From Caedimonas varicaedens (GTDB taxonomy: Bacteria > Pseudomonadota > Alphaproteobacteria > Caedimonadales > Caedimonadaceae), in assembly GCA_001192655.1 (NCBI GenBank), contig BBVC01000025.1, positions 1-21,470 on the forward strand: a stretch of 21,470 nucleotides of DNA, in the 5' to 3' direction. The notes under the pieces were generated by a model. The model was not told where the DNA came from, searched no databases, and was given only the letters and a program-made list of their open reading frames with translations. The position numbers and the translations under genes were made by a program. How positions within the stretch are numbered: position 1 is the stretch's first letter; every line of letters starts with the position of its first letter. Below are positions 16,795 to 21,470 of this stretch, one piece after another.

Positions 16795-17592
16795 ATGATA
16801 GATTATTCTTTTTCTCCCCTTCACTCTGAGATTCGCAAAGTAAAAATTTATAATGCAGAAGGCTTTGAGGGGATGCGTCGTGCAGGGAAACTTGCCGCGC
16901 AGACTCTGGATTTTATTGAGCCTCATATTTGCCCTGGTGTTTCCACAGAACAGCTGAATACTTTATGTCATGATTTTATTATCAGCCATAATGCCATTCC
17001 TGCACCCCTGAATTATAGAGGATTTCCCAAATCAATTTGTACCTCAGTTAATCATGTCGTGTGTCACGGGATCCCCAGTGAGAAAAAAATTCTGAGGGAA
17101 GGAGACATCCTGAACATCGATGTGACTGTTATTCTTGATGGATGGTATGGCGATACAAATCGTACTTTTCCGGTTGGAAAGATTAATCTGTTGGCAAGCC
17201 GCCTGATTAATATTACTTACGAAGCCATGATGCGCGGCATTGAAGCGGTAAAGCCGGGCGCAACGCTAGGCGATGTGGGGCATGCCATCCAAAGTTTTGT
17301 GGAAGAACAAAGATTCTCAGTTGTACGGGATTTTTGTGGTCATGGTATTGGGCGCGTTTTTCATGATGATCCTGAAGTTTTACATTTTGGAAAACCGGGA
17401 GAGGGGCTTGTGCTGAAGGAAGGCATGTTCTTTACCATAGAACCTATGGTCAATGCTGGAAAATACCCTGTAAAAGTTCTTGACGATGGGTGGACAGCCG
17501 TGACCAGAGATCACTCACTTTCCGCACAATTTGAACATTCCCTCGGCGTTACAGCGACAGGATATGAGATTTTTACAGTGCATAATTCTTAA
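16795..17592 (+). CDS. map: Type I methionine aminopeptidase
   Basis: It has metal-ligand contexts typical of MetAP-I: DILNIDVTV, GWYGDTNRTF, FCGHGIG, FTIEPM and QFEHS. Length is 265 aa. Confidence 0.95.
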   Translation: MIDYSFSPLHSEIRKVKIYNAEGFEGMRRAGKLAAQTLDFIEPHICPGVSTEQLNTLCHDFIISHNAIPAPLNYRGFPKSICTSVNHVVCHGIPSEKKILREGDILNIDVTVILDGWYGDTNRTFPVGKINLLASRLINITYEAMMRGIEAVKPGATLGDVGHAIQSFVEEQRFSVVRDFCGHGIGRVFHDDPEVLHFGKPGEGLVLKEGMFFTIEPMVNAGKYPVKVLDDGWTAVTRDHSLSAQFEHSLGVTATGYEIFTVHNS

Positions 17593-17837
17593 GTTTTGGT
17601 CTGTTTAATCTTAGAAATATATACCCAAAGACATAATGATATAACAAACATTGCTATGAAACAGATTTCAGTATAAGTCCATATATTCAGCAGTCTTTCA
17701 TGCATCGCAATAAGCTGTGGATCTTCATTATCGGTAACCATATCATTAATGGCGCCTCCACCTCTCAAACACATCACAAATCCTATAATAATAAGGAAAA
17801 AAGAAGATAAGTTTGTTATTTTAATTATTTTCATCAC
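17589..17837 (-). CDS. Hypothetical small membrane protein (two predicted TM helices)
   Basis: It is 82 aa with two hydrophobic stretches (LSSFFLIIIGFVMCL and ICFIAMFVISLCLWVYI) and a basic C-terminal tail KIKQTKT. It is very AT-rich, has only a weak RBS, and shows no recognisable family. Its stop codon shares the palindrome TTAA (17589-17592) with the map stop. Confidence 0.45.
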   Translation of the reverse strand: MMKIIKITNLSSFFLIIIGFVMCLRGGGAINDMVTDNEDPQLIAMHERLLNIWTYTEICFIAMFVISLCLWVYISKIKQTKT

Positions 17838-17919
17838 TCAATTTATAACAGGATAAAATTTTTATTAACGTACTCACGATGCTATATATCATTCATTTCC
17901 CTACCATATACACAGCATA

Positions 17920-17960
17920 GGACTTCACCACCTGTATAATAAAAACGAGTAGTGAAGTCC
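17920..17960 (-). other. 12-bp stem / 17-nt loop hairpin between the two orphan genes
   Basis: The arms are GGACTTCACCAC (17920-17931) and GTAGTGAAGTCC (17949-17960). On the minus-strand RNA all 12 positions pair (one G-U). On the plus-strand RNA the same position is a C-A mismatch. It starts 6 nt after the TAG stop of the 182-aa gene and has no clean U-tract. Confidence 0.5.
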
Positions 17961-17966
17961 CCCTCG

Positions 17967-18515
17967 CTAACGTTTATTCATAAGTTGACTTTGGCCCTTT
18001 TCAGACAGAAGGGTACCACAAAGCTCTAAAATATAAGAACATCTTTCACCAACAGGCGAGATCGAGTAGTCCCCGCCCCCCTTGCTGCTCTTAAAAACAC
18101 CGAAGTATGTTTTAGATAGTTCGGTAGCAAGAGACTGTAGAATGTCGTTTTTCTCCTTCAAGCTGAAATTAAAGTTAGTATGGTCTTGCTCTGTAAGGCT
18201 TCTAATAACTGTTAATGCAACCCCTAGCCTTGTGTACGTATATCCTAAAGTATTATCTGTGTCTCCAGGAAAAGAGTTGATATGCTTCGCAAGAGAGAGA
18301 ATTGCATTATTATTTCCGTTCAATTTATTGAAAAGTTCTTCTATAATAATTCGTTCTTTTTCATTTTCTTTAATTTGAGCAGAGCAAACTTTCGTTATTA
18401 CTGCATTTATTCTTTCACCATCCATATCATCCTCCCTATAAGAAGCAGAAACCGATAACGATGCAATGAAACTTAACACAACGATTATTAAAAAATTTTT
18501 CATTTTTTTCTCCAT
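17967..18515 (-). CDS. Hypothetical secreted protein (orphan)
   Basis: It has an N-terminal signal-peptide-like segment, MKNFLIIVVLSFIASLSVSASY. It is an uninterrupted 182-aa ORF in very AT-rich DNA, and I recognise no motif. Confidence 0.6.
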   Translation of the reverse strand: MEKKMKNFLIIVVLSFIASLSVSASYREDDMDGERINAVITKVCSAQIKENEKERIIIEELFNKLNGNNNAILSLAKHINSFPGDTDNTLGYTYTRLGVALTVIRSLTEQDHTNFNFSLKEKNDILQSLATELSKTYFGVFKSSKGGGDYSISPVGERCSYILELCGTLLSEKGQSQLMNKR

Positions 18516-18624
18516 TAATGATTGAGTAAACAGTTGCAGCGTAGCAAGGCTTATATAAAAAATACAGTAAGTTAAATAAAGAATTAATGAATTCTTAAAA
18601 TGACTTAAGCGTATAGATCTAATA

Positions 18625-19725
18625 TTATCCTTTTAAATCAAAAACAGTCACCACTTCTACATGTTCTGACCAGAGAAATTGATCCAGGGGATAGAGTTCC
18701 TTGAGTTCATAATGCCCGTCTATCAAAATTCTGGCATCCCGCGTGCAGGATTGCAGATTGCAGGATACCATAATAATTCGCTTTACCTGCGTTTGAGCCA
18801 GATGTTTGATTTGTGCAAGAGCGCCTTCCCGAGGCGGATTTAGAACAACCACATCAAAAAGAGCGAGCTCTGGCAATGTCAGGGGCTCTTTGAAAAGGTG
18901 GCGATGATGAAGCGTGACTGGCAGATGATGCTTTGTAATTGTTTTTTGAAGAGCTATTAATGCTTTTTGATCCATCTCATAACCATGAACCGTTCCCAAT
19001 TTTGTTAACGGTAAAGTCAACGTGCCGCGCCCACAAAATAAATCAGCAATTTTCTGTGGTTCTGGAGGAATGGCATGACAGACTTTTTTTGCAAGCCATT
19101 CATCAGAAGTGAAGCTGGCCTGTAAAAAAGAATCTGGTGTGATGTCAACAGAAAATCCTGAAAAAGAAACGGTAGGAGATGCTGCAATATAAAGGGGTTC
19201 TCCATCAATGCTCAAACGTGCCAGCTTTTGCTCTATGGCAAATTGAGCCCCAGCTTCCCGCTGTTCAAGAGTCAGAATCGAAGGTTCTACGCGTTTCAGG
19301 GCAACATCAAGTCCTTGCTCACACTTTGTCACAAAAATTTCTGCCTTAGATCGAAGAGGCAAAAGAGCGATCAGCACTTGCCTTAAGGGGGAGATAAGTT
19401 GTTCAATCTCTGGAAGCACAACAAAACAGCGTTGAATATCAACTATTTTGTGACTCTCACGCTGATAAAATCCAACATCAACAACAGATTGAGCTGCCCT
19501 ATGAGCTTTCAGAACAGCGCGGCGACGGGTTTGCGGCAAAACAATTTCTATAGGATCGAAAAGAACATGATCAAGAGAGATTTTCTGGCGTTCAAAGGAT
19601 CGAAGAATTTTCTGCTGTTTATAGTCTCTATAGTCAGAAGGAGATAAATGTTGTAATGCACACCCGCCACATAGACCAAAGTGAGGGCAAGGTGGAGAAT
19701 AGGAAGAAGCTAGGGACAAAGTCAT
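18625..19725 (-). CDS. Class I SAM-dependent RNA (uracil-5)-methyltransferase, RlmD/TrmA family, TRAM-less
   Basis: It has an N-terminal Fe-S-type Cys cluster CPHFGLCGGC (C-x5-C-x2-C, as in RumA), the SAM motif DLFCGRGTLTLPL, motif IV VVLNPPREGA, and a late catalytic-Cys context MVSCN. At 366 aa it starts directly at the Cys cluster, so no TRAM domain is present. Confidence 0.85.
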   Translation of the reverse strand: MTLSLASSYSPPCPHFGLCGGCALQHLSPSDYRDYKQQKILRSFERQKISLDHVLFDPIEIVLPQTRRRAVLKAHRAAQSVVDVGFYQRESHKIVDIQRCFVVLPEIEQLISPLRQVLIALLPLRSKAEIFVTKCEQGLDVALKRVEPSILTLEQREAGAQFAIEQKLARLSIDGEPLYIAASPTVSFSGFSVDITPDSFLQASFTSDEWLAKKVCHAIPPEPQKIADLFCGRGTLTLPLTKLGTVHGYEMDQKALIALQKTITKHHLPVTLHHRHLFKEPLTLPELALFDVVVLNPPREGALAQIKHLAQTQVKRIIMVSCNLQSCTRDARILIDGHYELKELYPLDQFLWSEHVEVVTVFDLKG

Positions 19726-19908
19726 CTCTTTGGAATTTAATTTCTTGTATTGTACAGAAATACTGAAGAAGTGTCAAAATTCCTATTTTTTTATTCAGAA
19801 GAAAATGTGTGAAATAGCTCAATAATATCGTTAAATAGGATCATCGATTTATTGATTCTCAATTACTGTCCTGCATCAAATTACGTCCGCTGCCAACACT
19901 TTTCAATC

Positions 19909-19937
19909 TTGACTAATTTAATCATGATTGATAGGTT
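19909..19937 (+). promoter_or_regulatory. Candidate sigma70-type promoter of the Rrf2 gene with an embedded 10-bp palindrome
   Basis: TTGACT (19909-19914) is followed by a 17-nt spacer and TAGGTT (19932-19937), 30 nt upstream of the ATG. The spacer contains the perfect palindrome AATCATGATT (19920-19929). Confidence 0.3.
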
Positions 19938-19967
19938 TATTCCCATAGAGTCAATGAAAGAGCGTTC

Positions 19968-20423
19968 ATGAAATTAGGAACAAAAGCACAGTATGCTGTG
20001 ATGGCTATGGCAGATTTGGCGTCCTGCGGTTCGTCTGTCCCTGTACGCCTGACGGAGATTGCCGAGCGACAGACTCTTCCTCTTTCCTACCTTGAGCAAC
20101 TTTTTGCAAAGCTGCGCAAAAAGGGATTGGTCAAAAGCGTGCGTGGACATCAGGGAGGGTATATTTTGGCTCTGATGCCGGAGAAATTGAAAATTTCTGA
20201 TATTCTTCAGGCTGTTGAGGAAAATGTGAAAACGACGCGCTGTTCTGTAAAATCTGATTTGAGTTGTCAGGGAACATCACAAAAATGCCTGACTCATGAT
20301 TTATGGGCGGGACTTGAAGAACGTATTGAAGATTATTTCAGTTCGGTAACGCTTTATGATCTCTGCGTGCGTTCTCTTACTTCCCGTCGTTCTTTTTGTG
20401 CATTAGAGCAAAGAGTATTGTAG
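19968..20423 (+). CDS. iscR: Rrf2-family Fe-S cluster-sensing transcriptional regulator (IscR-like)
   Basis: It has the N-terminal MKLGTKAQYAVMAMADLA and the wHTH segment LSYLEQLFAKLRKKGLVKSVRG..GGY. The ligand set Cys92 / Cys100 / Cys107-x2-His110 mirrors the IscR ligands C92/C98/C104/H107. It lies 3 nt upstream of a cysteine desulfurase gene. Confidence 0.85.
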   Translation: MKLGTKAQYAVMAMADLASCGSSVPVRLTEIAERQTLPLSYLEQLFAKLRKKGLVKSVRGHQGGYILALMPEKLKISDILQAVEENVKTTRCSVKSDLSCQGTSQKCLTHDLWAGLEERIEDYFSSVTLYDLCVRSLTSRRSFCALEQRVL

Positions 20424-20426
20424 AAA

Positions 20427-21470
20427 ATGTCAAGAATTTATCTGGATTATAATGCCGGTGCGCCCCTCAAGCCCTGTGCCTATGAAAAAATGCTTGAGGT
20501 TCTGAGGCTTTGGGGGAATGCTTCATCCGTGCATACTGATGGCCGCCATCTTTTTAATATTGTTGAGAACGCCCGCCATCAAGTGGCAGATGCCCTTGAA
20601 GCAGATATCCGTGACGTCATTTTTACAAGCTGTGGCAGTGAAGCCAACAACCTTATTATTCGGGGATTTGAAGAGCAGGGTTTTCGAATTTTAGTGTGTG
20701 CCACAGATCATGTCTCAACACTTTACGCCTCAGACAAAGCGATTCAATTGCCTGTAAGCGTAGACGGAATTTTGAACTTGGAAAGGCTGGAAGAGCTTTT
20801 GCAGGAGAGAATGCCGACTTTAGTGTCGGTCCATATGGCAAACAATGAAACAGGCGTTATTCAACCTCTTTCTGATATCATGCGCCTTGTGAAGTCTTAT
20901 GGCGCGTTTATTCACACAGATGCTGTGCAGGCTGTGGGACGGATTCCTGTTAGCTTTAGAACCCTGGGAGTCGATGCGCTGACCGTTGCATCCAGCAAGA
21001 TTGGCGGACCTTCTGGAGCAGGAGCGTTGATTTTAAAGGAAACTATTGCACTTCCTTCCCTTATTCGGGGGGGTGCACAAGAGAAAAATCGCCGGGCGGG
21101 AACACATAACGTTGCAGCGATTGCAGGATTCGGCATTGCCGTGCAGGAAGCCGTCAGGGACGATTGGTATAGAGTTGAAAAACTGCGAGATTCTTTTGAA
21201 GGAAAAATTCAGGAGAAAATGCAAGGAATAGAAATTTATGGTGCTCTTTCGCCTCGTTTGCCCAATACTTCCCTGGTGCGCCTGCCGGGGATTTCCAATG
21301 AACTCCAATTAATGAATATTGATTTGGCGGGGTATGCCCTGAGCGCAGGTGCGGCGTGTTCTTCAGGAAAAATAGGGGTTTCCCATGTTTTGCTGGCGAT
21401 GGGTATCCCTGAAAATCATGCCCGTGAAGCAGTGCGTGTCAGCTTGTGCCCTGACATAACCGGGGAAGAA
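20427..21470 (+). CDS. Cysteine desulfurase (NifS/IscS class), 3' end outside window
   Basis: This ORF is not in the ORF track because there is no stop before the window edge. From ATG 20427 the frame is open for 348 codons. It reads MSRIYLDYNAGAPL..., GNASSVH, FTSCGSEANN, ANNETG, HTDAVQA, the PLP-lysine region VASSKIGGPSGAGAL, RAGTHN, and the catalytic-Cys loop SAGAACSSG. Confidence 0.9.
   Translation, partial: MSRIYLDYNAGAPLKPCAYEKMLEVLRLWGNASSVHTDGRHLFNIVENARHQVADALEADIRDVIFTSCGSEANNLIIRGFEEQGFRILVCATDHVSTLYASDKAIQLPVSVDGILNLERLEELLQERMPTLVSVHMANNETGVIQPLSDIMRLVKSYGAFIHTDAVQAVGRIPVSFRTLGVDALTVASSKIGGPSGAGALILKETIALPSLIRGGAQEKNRRAGTHNVAAIAGFGIAVQEAVRDDWYRVEKLRDSFEGKIQEKMQGIEIYGALSPRLPNTSLVRLPGISNELQLMNIDLAGYALSAGAACSSGKIGVSHVLLAMGIPENHAREAVRVSLCPDITGEE

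Noticed and set aside
1-21470. I searched for mobile elements, prophage remnants, tRNA or rRNA genes and defence islands.
   Set aside because: No transposase, integrase or recombinase-like ORF, no terminal inverted or direct repeats flanking the AT-rich islets, and no cloverleaf-like or rRNA-like sequence were recognised. All spacers are 263 nt or shorter.

Overview
This 21.5-kb chromosomal segment is dominated by housekeeping genes. The gene content looks alphaproteobacterial: lpdA-lipA followed by a COQ10/RatA-like START-fold gene, an NDUFS6-like zf-CHCC mini-protein, gatCAB, ampG, sfsA, map, and an Rrf2 regulator next to a NifS-like desulfurase. The moderately AT-rich composition would fit a host-associated lineage, but that taxonomic placement is inference only. 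I support 26 protein-coding genes; two are truncated by the window edges (a LysR-type C-terminus at the left, a cysteine desulfurase at the right). I found no tRNA, rRNA, CRISPR array, transposase, integrase or recognisable defence or toxin module, and no clear complete novel system. Six places do not look like plain housekeeping. (1) A PAS-like/GGDEF protein has a destroyed catalytic motif (SGCCF) but a canonically placed RxxD inhibitory site, so it may be a c-di-GMP receptor rather than a cyclase. (2) In an ampG / zf-CHCC / small secreted protein operon, the last two genes share an ATGA stop/start overlap. (3) A very AT-rich divergent control region carries a perfect 10+10 bp palindrome. It lies next to a small secreted Lys/Asp/Glu/Met-rich protein built from four in-frame 42-nt units, including a 75-nt perfect duplication. 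(4) A roughly 1-kb AT-rich islet between map and an RNA methyltransferase encodes two orphan envelope proteins and a 12-bp hairpin that pairs fully only on the minus-strand transcript. (5) An OmpR/EnvZ-like pair is packed tightly with rlmJ, and a 10-bp-phased tandem TTGACAG repeat lies just downstream. (6) The cysteine desulfurase reads S-S-K where the PLP-lysine motif is normally S-x-H-K. All functional calls come from motif recognition by eye; no searches were run.
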